Below, one piece after another: positions 9,031 to 18,489 of a DNA stretch of 40,425 nt. How positions within the stretch are numbered: position 1 is the stretch's first letter; every line of letters begins with the position of its first letter. A program made the translations under genes and the position numbers. The notes under the pieces were generated by a model. That model ran no database searches, had not been told where the DNA came from, and worked only from the letters and a program-made list of their open reading frames with translations. Origin of the DNA: a virus. The stretch lies in UHGV virus genome UHGV-0387913. One strand, written 5' to 3'.

Positions 9031-11286
9031 TTACTCATCGCCACCCCCATAAATGAACTTCGGAGTGGCCTTACGTTTCGCACGGACACGCTCACCTGCT
9101 GCCTTACGAGCCTGAGTGGCTGCGGATATAGGTGCACGCTTGGTTGCTTCCTTCAGTGCCTTCTCTTCAGCTTCCTTAGCCAGTCGCTGCTGCTGTTCCT
9201 GATAGGTGCGAGCCAGTAGCTCTTTGTCGTAGCGAATGCGGACGGTCCCAGTGGTGTCCATCATGTAGATAGAGTCACCCTGCTGGTACATCGTCAGCTG
9301 CTTGTTGGTAACCCAAGGGTTAGCCGCGATGATTCCCTTACGGGCTTCTTCGAGGATGTCTCGGCCCTGCTCCCAGCTCTTAGGGTCATCACTGACCTGT
9401 AAGATGTTCTTCGGGATAATACCAATGGTATCACCGTCCACGTCATCACCTTTGAAGGTAACAGTGGATTCCTTGAGGAACTTGTCGGTCTGCTGCATGG
9501 CCATGTCGCTGTTCCCTGTACGGTACTTAACGCTGTCGTAAATCTTACGGGCCATACCATCCAGACTCGCTGGGATACGCGACAGCTCTGGGGACTCTGA
9601 GTTGTTCTTCAGGGACGCCCACGCCTTGTCGTCCTCGTACTGCATCTCTTTGGTAAGACTGCGTCGGGAACGGTCAGCGTCGATGAGAATCTGGGGGTCA
9701 ATCCCCTGCTTGTCCATCATGTCCATCGTCAGGAACAAGTCTGCTTTGTCCGGGTACAGCGCGGCGAAGAGGTCCGGGTCGGTGTTACGCATGGTGCGCA
9801 GCTTGTTCAACGCTGTGGTGTCTTCAGGTAACTTACCGTTAATCACAGCGGCAGACCATTCAGACCCGGCATCGGTTACCATCTGGCCCACAACGGTACG
9901 GAAAGCTCCGCCATCTGAGTCTGCCCGTAGGTAGCTCAGCTTCATGCGGTCCTTCTGTTGCTCAGTGAGCTGCATCTGGTCAATCTCGGCCAACTTACCG
10001 TTAGCGTAATTCACCATGTCACTGTGGGTGAACTCTCCGGTGTTCTCATTGGTCGGCATGTCCTTGTAGCTGGTGGACACGTACTGCCCGCCGATACGCT
10101 TGGTGAACTGCTGGTCAATAACTTGGTTCTTGTTGATGGTCTTCTGACGCTTGTCCATCTCCTTGGCTGCCGCTTGGGCCTCCTGACGGAAACGGGTTTG
10201 CATCTGCTCCTCAGCCTGAATCAAGCGCTCACGCTCTGGGGTCATCTGCTCACCGGGTTGCAGACGGTCAAGTTCCGCCTTAGCACCTTGGAGCATCTCC
10301 CAGCCCTTGCTGGTGTCGTCTTGGTTAAGCGCACTAGTAATCCCAAGGCGAAAACCTTCTGACAACTTAGCGTCATTATCGAACTGAGTGGACTGTGCCT
10401 TGACCATCAGGGCGTTCCACTGTTCCTCACCCATGAGTTCCTTATAGGTCGTGGTCTTCCCGTTAAGGGTGACAGGACGGCCCTCAAGGCTCTGGAGGAA
10501 GTTGGTAGCGCCCGGACGTTGAATAACATCATTAAGTGACCCAATGATTACCTGCTGTGCCTGAGCATCGCTAGGGATACTTCCAGTCTTGATGGCGTTG
10601 TCTATGTAGCGCTGGAAGAACTCCCCGGACTCTGGGCGAGCCAGAACGGCAGGGTCTTTCAGTACACCGGACAGCTCTACCTTCGAGGCCAAGATGGCAC
10701 CCTTCTGGGCTTGGTCACTCAGGAACGTATCATGCTTGCCATACAGTGAGATGTTACGCTCAGTGATATTCGCGTTGAACCCTCGCTGGAACTCTGAGTC
10801 CTCAGGGTTAATCATGAACTGCTCAGCGTACTCGTTGGCACCTTCGGTCAACCGCTTGTGTCGATACTCTTCCATCTCTGCACGAGTACGGAACTCACCG
10901 TTCTGGACCTTCTGTGCCACATCGTCGTCAATGAGGAACGCAGCGTTACGACCAGTCTTGAACCGTAGGGCCTCCATAGCGTACGGGTCATCTTGATACA
11001 GCAGGGTCCCGTTCTTGATTGCCTCTCGGCGCTGCTCTGGGGTCAACTTACGAATAATCTCATCGGACCGCTCCTCGGCCTTGTCCCGCTGACTCTTGTC
11101 GTATGCATCTACTGCCTCACCCATTGCTGCCCCAAACTTAGCCAAGGACTGCACTAGGTTGGACTGACGGGCACCTTCCTGTTGAATGGTCACTGGGCGA
11201 TACTGCATGGACGTTGCGCCACCACGGATTCGAGTAGACCCGGCCTGTGGTATTTGGCTCAATGCTTGTTCTAGTTTACTGGCCAT
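9031..11286 (-). CDS. 15: Internal virion protein C (gp15).
   Basis: The protein is 751 aa (T7 gp15 is 747), in the conserved position with T7-like composition. Confidence 0.85.
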   Translation of the reverse strand: MASKLEQALSQIPQAGSTRIRGGATSMQYRPVTIQQEGARQSNLVQSLAKFGAAMGEAVDAYDKSQRDKAEERSDEIIRKLTPEQRREAIKNGTLLYQDDPYAMEALRFKTGRNAAFLIDDDVAQKVQNGEFRTRAEMEEYRHKRLTEGANEYAEQFMINPEDSEFQRGFNANITERNISLYGKHDTFLSDQAQKGAILASKVELSGVLKDPAVLARPESGEFFQRYIDNAIKTGSIPSDAQAQQVIIGSLNDVIQRPGATNFLQSLEGRPVTLNGKTTTYKELMGEEQWNALMVKAQSTQFDNDAKLSEGFRLGITSALNQDDTSKGWEMLQGAKAELDRLQPGEQMTPERERLIQAEEQMQTRFRQEAQAAAKEMDKRQKTINKNQVIDQQFTKRIGGQYVSTSYKDMPTNENTGEFTHSDMVNYANGKLAEIDQMQLTEQQKDRMKLSYLRADSDGGAFRTVVGQMVTDAGSEWSAAVINGKLPEDTTALNKLRTMRNTDPDLFAALYPDKADLFLTMDMMDKQGIDPQILIDADRSRRSLTKEMQYEDDKAWASLKNNSESPELSRIPASLDGMARKIYDSVKYRTGNSDMAMQQTDKFLKESTVTFKGDDVDGDTIGIIPKNILQVSDDPKSWEQGRDILEEARKGIIAANPWVTNKQLTMYQQGDSIYMMDTTGTVRIRYDKELLARTYQEQQQRLAKEAEEKALKEATKRAPISAATQARKAAGERVRAKRKATPKFIYGGGDE

Positions 11287-11876
11287 TACTTACCTCCTAC
11301 CTTAGTTCCTTTGGCCTGACTGATTGGGGCCTTGGTGGACTTGCTATCGAACGCACCAGAAGCATATGCGGACGCTGCCTGTGAACCCATCAGTGCCAGC
11401 GGGTCGAGTACCTGCTCCAGCTTGGACTTACCTTTACCTTCAGCCTTCTGCATTGATTTAACTTGGTCCATAGTGGACTCTGAGTTACCCAGCTGCTGGG
11501 CGAACAGTGACGCATAGTCTCGACGGTAGTTGTCGGTCACGGCGTTAGCCTCACGGATGAACTTACCTTCCTCGATGCGACCAATGCGGTCCATGCTGGC
11601 TCCCTCAAGGTTTCCCTCTCCGATTGCTGCGCGGATGGTACCCATAGCTTGAACCTTATCGAGATTCTTTGCGGTCAAGTCTGCACTAGCCTCTTCCAGC
11701 TTCTGCTTTTGCTCAAGGCTGGCGTTAGCGTTCTGAATGTTTGACTCTTTAATCATTTGGGCGGACTGTCTGCGCATTTGGTCATTCTGTAGGCCCGTGG
11801 CTTGTGCAGCATTACGGGAGCTACTCACAGACTGTACCGCCATCATGGCGATTGGAATAGCTGCTACCCAGCACAT
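11286..11876 (-). CDS. 14: Internal virion protein B (gp14).
   Basis: The protein is 196 aa, the same length as T7 gp14, and sits in the same position. Confidence 0.8.
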   Translation of the reverse strand: MCWVAAIPIAMMAVQSVSSSRNAAQATGLQNDQMRRQSAQMIKESNIQNANASLEQKQKLEEASADLTAKNLDKVQAMGTIRAAIGEGNLEGASMDRIGRIEEGKFIREANAVTDNYRRDYASLFAQQLGNSESTMDQVKSMQKAEGKGKSKLEQVLDPLALMGSQAASAYASGAFDSKSTKAPISQAKGTKVGGK

Positions 11877-11878
11877 AA

Positions 11879-12286
11879 TTACCTCCTTATGGTGAACAGT
11901 TGGAATTTCCCATCCTGTGTGTACTCCTCATGGAACACCGCACCGATGGACTTAAGGAACCGCTTGTGGGGACCGTTTCCGACCCATACGAAGTTCCACA
12001 GGGATGGATAAACATCTAATAACATGTCCCTGTACTCCATGATTCTCTCACGGAACTCCAGCTTACCAGCCCTGTCGAGTCGCCACACTTGGTCGCTCGT
12101 AACGAACCAGCACTGGTCTCCGCAATGTCCACCTATAGCCAGAGGAAACCCATCGTGGTCTAACGTGACACACTCGGTAACCGCTGGGAACGATGGTTCT
12201 ATACCCATGGCCTGTGCCTCAAGTACGTCATGGTAGGCCGGGATGAATAACTCGAAGTCATTACTTACAGTGTTTCTTATGTACAT
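11879..12286 (-). CDS. 13: Internal virion/assembly protein gp13.
   Basis: The protein is 135 aa (T7 gp13 is 138) and is preceded by the phi13 promoter. Confidence 0.8.
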   Translation of the reverse strand: MYIRNTVSNDFELFIPAYHDVLEAQAMGIEPSFPAVTECVTLDHDGFPLAIGGHCGDQCWFVTSDQVWRLDRAGKLEFRERIMEYRDMLLDVYPSLWNFVWVGNGPHKRFLKSIGAVFHEEYTQDGKFQLFTIRR

Positions 12287-12310
12287 GCTTTAAGTCCCCT
12301 ATTAATATGG

Positions 12311-12333
12311 TCTCCCTATAGTGCTACCTAATT
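12311..12333 (-). promoter_or_regulatory. Phage RNAP promoter (phi13).
   Basis: The site is an exact consensus AATTAGGTAGCACTATAGGGAGA. It is flanked by the inverted repeat gtctccct...agggagac. Confidence 0.85.
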
Positions 12334-12359
12334 GCACAACACCACAGGGAGACTTTCAG

Positions 12360-14735
12360 TTAAATACCGTTAGAGCGTCTACTGTAGCTACCTTCCCACC
12401 CACACCCGATGATTGACACCGGGGAGGCATTGAAGGAACTCAGGGACACCTTCTGGTACAAGGCGTTACCAGTCACCGGGAATCGGTACTGACCAGTGGT
12501 TGTGGCCTTCTGGCCCAGTCGTAGGCCCGTAGAGCCGACTCTGGCGTTGACCAGATAGCTGAACTCACGGTTGCCATTCTCAACGCTCACAGTGAACGCC
12601 CCAGTGTCCTGATAGTTAACCCAAGCCCTACGCAGCTGTAGACGACCGGAATCCTCTGTGGACGTTGTGCCGTCATTCTGCTCCTGCTTGATGAGGAACC
12701 GACTGAACACATACTGGAAGTCGTACAGGAAACCAATGACGATATCCTTACCGGAGAGGTCCCCGCTGATTCTAATGTCCGGTGTAGCATCCCAAGAACT
12801 ACCAGTCGGCTCATACTCAGTGATTTTACCATCACTCTCGCAGATTGCCACGGTACCGTTATAGAACGAAGCACCGTAGATGTCCTTGATGTTCACTACC
12901 GTCTGGTTCGTCTCAATGTCATACGCAGTCTCTGAGATATGGTATGCCCGCTTGGCGTCCACGTGGAATCTATAAGGCTCGAACTGGAAGTCCGTAGAGT
13001 CCTTCTTAAAGTCCACCGCAGCTATCCACACGTTGTAGGCATTGCGCATCAGCAGGTACATCGTTGAGTTGATACAGTTTGCTGCCATCACTTCCACACC
13101 ATCCCCGAAGTCCCAGTGGGACCACGACTGCTGTCGAATGTTCTCATCCATGTAGAGGAACTTGTAGATGAATACCTTACTCGGAGCACCTTTGGTCAAC
13201 ACACACGCGAAGTTTTCCGTACCAGACCCGTTTATGCTGTACACACCGTTCGGCACATAGTTTGGAACGTGGGCTGTCATGTCCTCTGCGTTCTTCACAG
13301 AGCTTACATCCTGTACCGCGTAGTAACGCATGATGGACGTAAAGGAGCTGCGAGGGGACGCATAGTAGATGTTCCTACCGATGCCATAAGGACGCGCACG
13401 GTCTGACACATCGAACTGAGTGGTCAGGTCCAGCTGTGCGGTCTTAGCGGATAACACACCGTTGGCTGACAGGACGAACTGCGCCTCGTCGGACCACAGC
13501 AGCAGCTCCTCAGCGAAGCTCACAGCATACTTAAGGACCGACACACGGTTATGGCTAACGGCAACATCCAGAGGGTCATCGTCTGTATAGTTGGCCACTG
13601 ACGGAGGGTAGAACTCAAAGTACTGACTTGTGCGCGACATCACAATGTTCTCCCCAGAGATGAACCCTAAGCGGTTCCTGAAGAAAAACACGTCTGTAAT
13701 CGTCGAGCCTACCATGGACGGCTGCGGGTTAGTATCGTCATCGCCAGCCCTACGGTCCTTCCAAGCGTGATACCCAAGGTCAAAGTTACCGTCAGCTGCC
13801 CGTACCAAAGTCCAAGGCATAGTCACATAGTCCAGACCTATAGATACGTTCCACCCGACAGTCTCCTTCCAGACCTTCTGCTTTAAGTCATACTTAACGT
13901 AATACTGGTCAGCTGTCTTGGATGTATCTCCTACAACCTTAACCATGTAACCATCAGGTGCATTTAAAGGTAACTTAGAGAAGCTCTGAACGTAATGCGT
14001 CACCGGATTGATTAGCTGGTCCGCGTAACCATCCTTTGTCTGAATCTCCCTGATATTGTCGTCAGCCGGGGCGATGACGTGGATGTACCCAGTGCCTACA
14101 TTGAATGTGAAGTCTGGGTGCGCTGCCTCCAGTAGGGTCTTGAGTGCCTCAGCGATTGCTTGGGCGTCAACCTTAGGCGGGTCGTCCTTGGCATTGTCAC
14201 CCGGAGGTAGCTGGTGGGATACCCATCCACCATTTATACCAACCTCAAGTTTACGTCCGTATTGGCCACCCCTGACGTTGATTATAGCGTCCTTGTCGTC
14301 ACGGAAGGTTCCACCGTTGGTCATGTTCTCACTGGCTTTAACTTGACGTGTCCGATTTACGACAAAGGTGTAATCCGCCACTGTAACCATCCTGAGGTTA
14401 TCCTTAGGGTTATTAACCGTGATGTAAGAACGGTCTCCCCTCACTTGGTACTCACGGCCTGACAGGTCGAATACCCTAACGTCATTCCCAGTGAACACAG
14501 CGTAATACTGCTCGAACTCATCCCGGTTAATGAGATGGATATAGGGGTCTTCCCCAAGATAGCCGCGCTGACCAAGCGACTTGATGAACACCATAGGTGG
14601 CCTCTTCTGGAGACCTTCAGTCTCGGAGGACCAACCGTTGACCTGAAGTGTACCCTGCTCCGGATACCGTAGGATTTCAGGCTGCTGGCTAATTCCTCCC
14701 TTGAGGTTCTTTATGCTTTGGCTCACGAGACTCAT
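12360..14735 (-). CDS. 12: Tail tubular protein B (gp12).
   Basis: The protein is 791 aa (T7 gp12 is 794). It opens MSLVSQSIKNLKGGISQQPEILRYPEQG, which is typical of T7-group gp12. Confidence 0.9.
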   Translation of the reverse strand: MSLVSQSIKNLKGGISQQPEILRYPEQGTLQVNGWSSETEGLQKRPPMVFIKSLGQRGYLGEDPYIHLINRDEFEQYYAVFTGNDVRVFDLSGREYQVRGDRSYITVNNPKDNLRMVTVADYTFVVNRTRQVKASENMTNGGTFRDDKDAIINVRGGQYGRKLEVGINGGWVSHQLPPGDNAKDDPPKVDAQAIAEALKTLLEAAHPDFTFNVGTGYIHVIAPADDNIREIQTKDGYADQLINPVTHYVQSFSKLPLNAPDGYMVKVVGDTSKTADQYYVKYDLKQKVWKETVGWNVSIGLDYVTMPWTLVRAADGNFDLGYHAWKDRRAGDDDTNPQPSMVGSTITDVFFFRNRLGFISGENIVMSRTSQYFEFYPPSVANYTDDDPLDVAVSHNRVSVLKYAVSFAEELLLWSDEAQFVLSANGVLSAKTAQLDLTTQFDVSDRARPYGIGRNIYYASPRSSFTSIMRYYAVQDVSSVKNAEDMTAHVPNYVPNGVYSINGSGTENFACVLTKGAPSKVFIYKFLYMDENIRQQSWSHWDFGDGVEVMAANCINSTMYLLMRNAYNVWIAAVDFKKDSTDFQFEPYRFHVDAKRAYHISETAYDIETNQTVVNIKDIYGASFYNGTVAICESDGKITEYEPTGSSWDATPDIRISGDLSGKDIVIGFLYDFQYVFSRFLIKQEQNDGTTSTEDSGRLQLRRAWVNYQDTGAFTVSVENGNREFSYLVNARVGSTGLRLGQKATTTGQYRFPVTGNALYQKVSLSSFNASPVSIIGCGWEGSYSRRSNGI

Positions 14736-15172
14736 GATGCTCCTCCCAAATAATCAATTAGACGTTTAATCCTCGCTGGGTCGTCTTCAAGAAACCCTAG
14801 GGATTTGTTACAGGCGTGACAAAGAAGTCCTCGGACCTTCCCGGTTGTGTGGCAGTGGTCTACGCAAAGGTGCTTAAACCAACCACTTGGACCCTTATGG
14901 CAAATCCTACAGACACCGCCCTGCTCCTCAAGCATACGGCCAAACTCCTCTGAAGTGATTCCGTAGGTGTTCTTGAGTATCCACTCCCGGTGACTTGCCC
15001 TACACTGGGCGCTGGTAGGTTTCCCACGCTTACCTGACTTTCTGCAGTCCTTGCATTGTGATTGTCCGCTTGGGCGTCCAGAGGACTTACCATACTCTGA
15101 TAAGGGCTTCCACTCGGAGCACTTAGAGCACTCCTTCTCCCCGTTGACAATCGGCTTTCGTTTATTGGCCAT
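14732..15172 (-). CDS. Endonuclease VII-family (HNH-type) nuclease, a probable homing endonuclease inserted between genes 11 and 12.
   Basis: The protein reads MANKRKPIVNGEKECSKCSEWKPLSEY...CRICHKGPSGWFKHLCVDHCHTTGKVRGLLCHACNKSLGFLEDD. It carries the T4 endonuclease VII signature (HxDHxHxxGKVRGLLCxxCN) and Zn-binding CxxC pairs. The RBS AAGGAGGA lies 5 nt upstream, and the stop overlaps the gene 12 ATG as ATGA. Confidence 0.8.
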   Translation of the reverse strand: MANKRKPIVNGEKECSKCSEWKPLSEYGKSSGRPSGQSQCKDCRKSGKRGKPTSAQCRASHREWILKNTYGITSEEFGRMLEEQGGVCRICHKGPSGWFKHLCVDHCHTTGKVRGLLCHACNKSLGFLEDDPARIKRLIDYLGGAS

Positions 15173-15197
15173 TTGGTCCTCCTTATGCGGTTGATGA

Positions 15198-15776
15198 TTA
15201 ACGTCCGATGATTCCACCAACAAAGCTATCGCCATCAATCATATTGTATTGCCCGAAGTCCATCTCGTACTCATTGCACGCCATCCGTGCCTCCATCTCT
15301 TCCTGTGCCAGAGAGTTCTCTACATCCTCCGCTCCGAAGAACCGAGAGTTGAACTGACGGCTGGCCTTGGTGACAATCCACTGGCGGAAACACTCAGGCA
15401 TCTCATCGTAATCCTGAAGAGTAATCAGGGTCACGGTGATTGCACTGGAGAAGGTGTCTGTCCCTGTGGACTTATCATACACCCATCCCCCACGGTTCAC
15501 GTACTGACCTCCAAGGATAGACAGGTAGGCTGGGCGGAATGGGATAAGCCCACTGTTTGCATCTGGGGTCAGTGTGGCCGACCCGTCGATATTGAAGGCC
15601 CAACCTTTGGACTGAATCTGTCGGTTAATCCTGTTGAGGATTCGACGGGCGTTCGCAACGTCTGCGTTTCCATCTTCATCAAGGGTTGTCACTGGGGATT
15701 CACCGATAGCTGCGAGCATCTCGTTGACAGCATCCAGCTCAGCGGCAGACCCAAAGTAAGCGTCTTGCATGTTCAT
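15198..15776 (-). CDS. 11: Tail tubular protein A (gp11).
   Basis: The 192-aa protein contains [19 protein letters not shown] and [27 protein letters not shown], nearly identical to T7 gp11. Confidence 0.92.
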   Translation of the reverse strand: MNMQDAYFGSAAELDAVNEMLAAIGESPVTTLDEDGNADVANARRILNRINRQIQSKGWAFNIDGSATLTPDANSGLIPFRPAYLSILGGQYVNRGGWVYDKSTGTDTFSSAITVTLITLQDYDEMPECFRQWIVTKASRQFNSRFFGAEDVENSLAQEEMEARMACNEYEMDFGQYNMIDGDSFVGGIIGR

Positions 15777-15791
15777 ATTGTAAGCTCCTAA

Positions 15792-15834
15792 CGAAAAAAC
15801 CCCTCAGAGACCGTGAGTGGTCCCCAAGGGGTTT
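15792..15834 (-). terminator. T-phi-like intrinsic terminator for the phage RNAP, downstream of gene 10.
   Basis: The minus strand reads AACCCCTTGGGGACCACTCACGGTCTCTGAGGGGTTTTTTCG, closely similar to T7 T-phi (AACCCCTTGGGGCCTCTAAACGGGTCTTGAGGGGTTTTTTG). Confidence 0.85.
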
Positions 15835-15840
15835 GGCTTA

Positions 15841-16137
15841 TTAGTTAGTCACGACCAGCTTAAAGGTCTTCCTTTCAGACCCCTCAAAGCTGACAGTCAC
15901 CAGAGTTTCGCCTACAGCGATTCCTTTGAAGTACAGCGTGTTGGTCCGGCGAGTATGGCTGGCAATCCCTGAAGTACCATAAGTTACCTCAAGGTTTGAC
16001 CAATCCGTTACTCCCTCCAGCCCATCGAGTGCCACCTTAAGTGAATCACCATCAATGGCTACGGTCTGTACCTCATACTCAGGTGGAGTTACCACCCGAG
16101 CACTAAAGGTATTTACGCTTAGGCTGCCGTGAAAACC
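15841..16137 (-). CDS. 10B: C-terminal extension of the minor capsid protein 10B, reached by a -1 frameshift from gene 10A.
   Basis: The -1 frame is open from the slippery site to 15841, and its offset agrees with a -1 shift. The extension reads ...GFHGSLSVNTFSARVVTPPEYEVQTVAIDGDSLKV...VTVSFEGSERKTFKLVVTN and resembles an Ig-like (BIG2-type) fold. Confidence 0.6.
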   Translation of the reverse strand, partial: GFHGSLSVNTFSARVVTPPEYEVQTVAIDGDSLKVALDGLEGVTDWSNLEVTYGTSGIASHTRRTNTLYFKGIAVGETLVTVSFEGSERKTFKLVVTN

Positions 16138-17150
16138 AGCGCACCAGCAGATTCTGGACGCAGACCACCGTGACCCATCGCGTACTTAGCGACAATCTGG
16201 TCAGCCTGATACTCAGTGCGGCGAGCACGTTCCAGAGCGAGGTCTTTCAGCTTAACGGTACCTACAGCGGAACGGTGCTGGAACAGGCCTACAACGTTCT
16301 CTTTGTTGACCTTGCCACCAGTTGCCGGGAAGGCGTGCTTCTGGTTGGTTGCTTCTGCACCTTCGTCCGGGCGGTCATCACCAGCACCACCATCGGTCAG
16401 GTGCGGAACCTCTACGACTTCGAAGCCCATCACGTTACGGATAGAACCGCGCTCAGGGTCAATCAGAGCCGCATAGTTCGCAGCGTTAGGCATCAGAGCT
16501 GCCAGAATCGCAGAGTACACGTCCGGGGTGGTGTAGAACGTACGGTCGTTAGCCGGGACGTAGTTCTTGGTCAGAGCCGCACGAGCAATGGTCAGCTGCG
16601 CGATAACCGCTTGGCCCAGTTTAACCGGGTCAGTCAGGTCAGCCTTAGCGCCAACTTCCAGCAGGGACGGTTTGCCCAGACCAGCGATGTTCTCGTTGAC
16701 GGAATCCGCGAGGTTAACCAGACCAGCCAGCTCGGCCAGTACCGCACCGTCAGCAGCCATCGCCAGAGATTCACCAATCTGAGAGGTGTACTCGGAACGC
16801 ACGTCATAGTGGTTCATCGCGTCTTCGATGTCGTAAATCAGCACGTCAGCGGTCAGCAGCCCATCAATGTTAATGGTCTTCTCGGTGTGCTTGATGTCTT
16901 TACGTTTGTCATCCAGAGACTCGCCCGGTTGCAGGTAAGCAGCCTTGGTGCGGCCAATCACAGGGAACTGTGCGGACTTACCGGAGCTGATTTGACGCTG
17001 CATGTGACGGTTGGTGGTCACAGAGGTACGAGCGAATGCGGTCAGGACTTCACCGCCGAATACTTTCAGGAATAGCGCCAGCTTGTCTGCTGCGGATTGA
17101 CCTTTACCTTGGTTAGTACCGAGCTGCTGTCCACCTTGCATGTTAGCCAT
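16119..17150 (-). CDS. 10A: Major capsid protein (gp10A).
   Basis: The protein is 343 aa (T7 10A is 344) and reads MANMQGGQQLGTNQGKGQSAADKLALFLKVFGGEVLTAFARTSV... Confidence 0.92.
   Translation of the reverse strand: MANMQGGQQLGTNQGKGQSAADKLALFLKVFGGEVLTAFARTSVTTNRHMQRQISSGKSAQFPVIGRTKAAYLQPGESLDDKRKDIKHTEKTINIDGLLTADVLIYDIEDAMNHYDVRSEYTSQIGESLAMAADGAVLAELAGLVNLADSVNENIAGLGKPSLLEVGAKADLTDPVKLGQAVIAQLTIARAALTKNYVPANDRTFYTTPDVYSAILAALMPNAANYAALIDPERGSIRNVMGFEVVEVPHLTDGGAGDDRPDEGAEATNQKHAFPATGGKVNKENVVGLFQHRSAVGTVKLKDLALERARRTEYQADQIVAKYAMGHGGLRPESAGALVFTAA
16131..16137 (-). other. Programmed -1 ribosomal frameshift slippery heptamer G GUU UUC, nine codons before the gene 10A stop.
   Basis: The mRNA reads CUG GUU UUC ACG GCA GCC UAA. 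T7 gene 10 uses the same heptamer for its 10A/10B frameshift. Confidence 0.6.
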
Positions 17151-17400
17151 GTTGAATCTCCTTATGTTGTTTAAGAATAGAATTAGCCATTACGCTGACC
17201 AAACGGGCCTATCGTTGCCAAGCTCTTGGGTGATTCTCCGCGCCTATCATAAGGTCTTGCCCTAAGGTCGCGTCAGTTACTACTTGAAACGAGGTGATAC
17301 TCATTGTGTAACTCGAAGGGCACTCTACAGCCCAGCCACGGCAGCCCGATGCCCAATCAGTGTTAACTGAACTGGTGACCGCCAAACTGTAGATTCCATC

Positions 17401-17423
17401 TCTCCCTATAGTGCTACCTAATT
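17401..17423 (-). promoter_or_regulatory. Phage RNAP promoter (phi10).
   Basis: The site is an exact consensus copy. A roughly 250-nt leader follows before gene 10. Confidence 0.85.
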
Positions 17424-18423
17424 AAAACTTAGAGTCGATAACCTTCTGTTCCACTTCACGGCGATACTTAGAGTCGCTGCGGTAACGGGGGTCAGACATA
17501 GCTTTAATCATCTCAGCTTGAGACTCGAAGCCCTCAGCCTTACGGGCCACAGGTTTCGCTGGGGTTGCACGCTTGGTAATAGTGCGTTCAGCTTTCTTAC
17601 CAAAGGTTTTATCACGAGACTGTCCCGCTAGGTTCAGAATCGTCTTCATGGTGGCTACATCACGAGACTCAAAAGCCTTGATGAGCGCCTCGGCACCCTC
17701 AGGGTTGTTGGTCTGCATGTGACCATAGACCTGCTGGAAGCGCTCACGGCCACCAACGAAGTCCATCACTTTGTCTACGTACTGGTTGACCAGAGCTTCC
17801 TGACCACGGATGTACGCATCGACGAACGCCTTACTGTAGCCAGCCTCAGCCAACTCTCGGTAGGACTCATCGGACAAACTGTCTTCATTTTGGTACTCCT
17901 GCTGAATACGGGTCACAGCATCCTGTGAGAGACCGCGTTCGATTGCAGTAGCAACCATGTCGTTAAAGCCAGCTTCGTGCTCTTCCAGCTGCTGAGAGGC
18001 TTCGTTGATGTCAGCCGGAGTTTCACCAATAGGTTTGAACTCTTCAGGTTCACCCTCGGTTACTTCCTCCGACTGACTCTCTTCAGTGTCGCCCTGCTGT
18101 TCTTCTTCAGCTTCGGCGGACTCTTCAGGGTCATCACCGTCAGCGGAGATACGGACCTGCATACGGCCCTCTTCATGTTCACCAAACGGGTCAACATCGG
18201 AGCCATACGGGTCATCGCTGTTGGTGTTCAGCTCGATTGCATCATCGCCATCGCGGGCAGCAACATCAAGAGCCAACATGTTTTCTTGGTGCTCCTCAGG
18301 CGTGCTACCAGTCAGTACAGCACTGTTAACACCGAAGGATGCGTATACGTCTGCGTTAGATTCACCAGCCATTTCAATCTCCTTAAAGTTAAGACTAAGA
18401 GGAGACTTACTAGCAGTGTTCAC
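17422..18423 (-). CDS. 9: Capsid assembly (scaffolding) protein gp9.
   Basis: The 333-aa protein is highly acidic and sits in the conserved position between portal and capsid. Confidence 0.85.
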   Translation of the reverse strand: MNTASKSPLSLNFKEIEMAGESNADVYASFGVNSAVLTGSTPEEHQENMLALDVAARDGDDAIELNTNSDDPYGSDVDPFGEHEEGRMQVRISADGDDPEESAEAEEEQQGDTEESQSEEVTEGEPEEFKPIGETPADINEASQQLEEHEAGFNDMVATAIERGLSQDAVTRIQQEYQNEDSLSDESYRELAEAGYSKAFVDAYIRGQEALVNQYVDKVMDFVGGRERFQQVYGHMQTNNPEGAEALIKAFESRDVATMKTILNLAGQSRDKTFGKKAERTITKRATPAKPVARKAEGFESQAEMIKAMSDPRYRSDSKYRREVEQKVIDSKF

Positions 18424-18466
18424 TCAACGGCTACCATAAGGTCGGCTTGAGTGGTCTTACGTTCGG

Positions 18467-18489
18467 TCTCCCTATAGTGCTACCTAATT
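18467..18489 (-). promoter_or_regulatory. Phage RNAP promoter (phi9).
   Basis: The site is an exact consensus AATTAGGTAGCACTATAGGGAGA. Confidence 0.85.

Noticed and set aside
16170-17075. A 301-aa plus-strand ORF, and the nested plus-strand ORFs at 16216..16476 and 16567..16782.
   Set aside because: They are antisense to the major capsid gene, whose identity is unambiguous. The sequences are Arg/Ser/Val-rich and low-complexity, as is typical of a reverse-frame artefact. There is no RBS.
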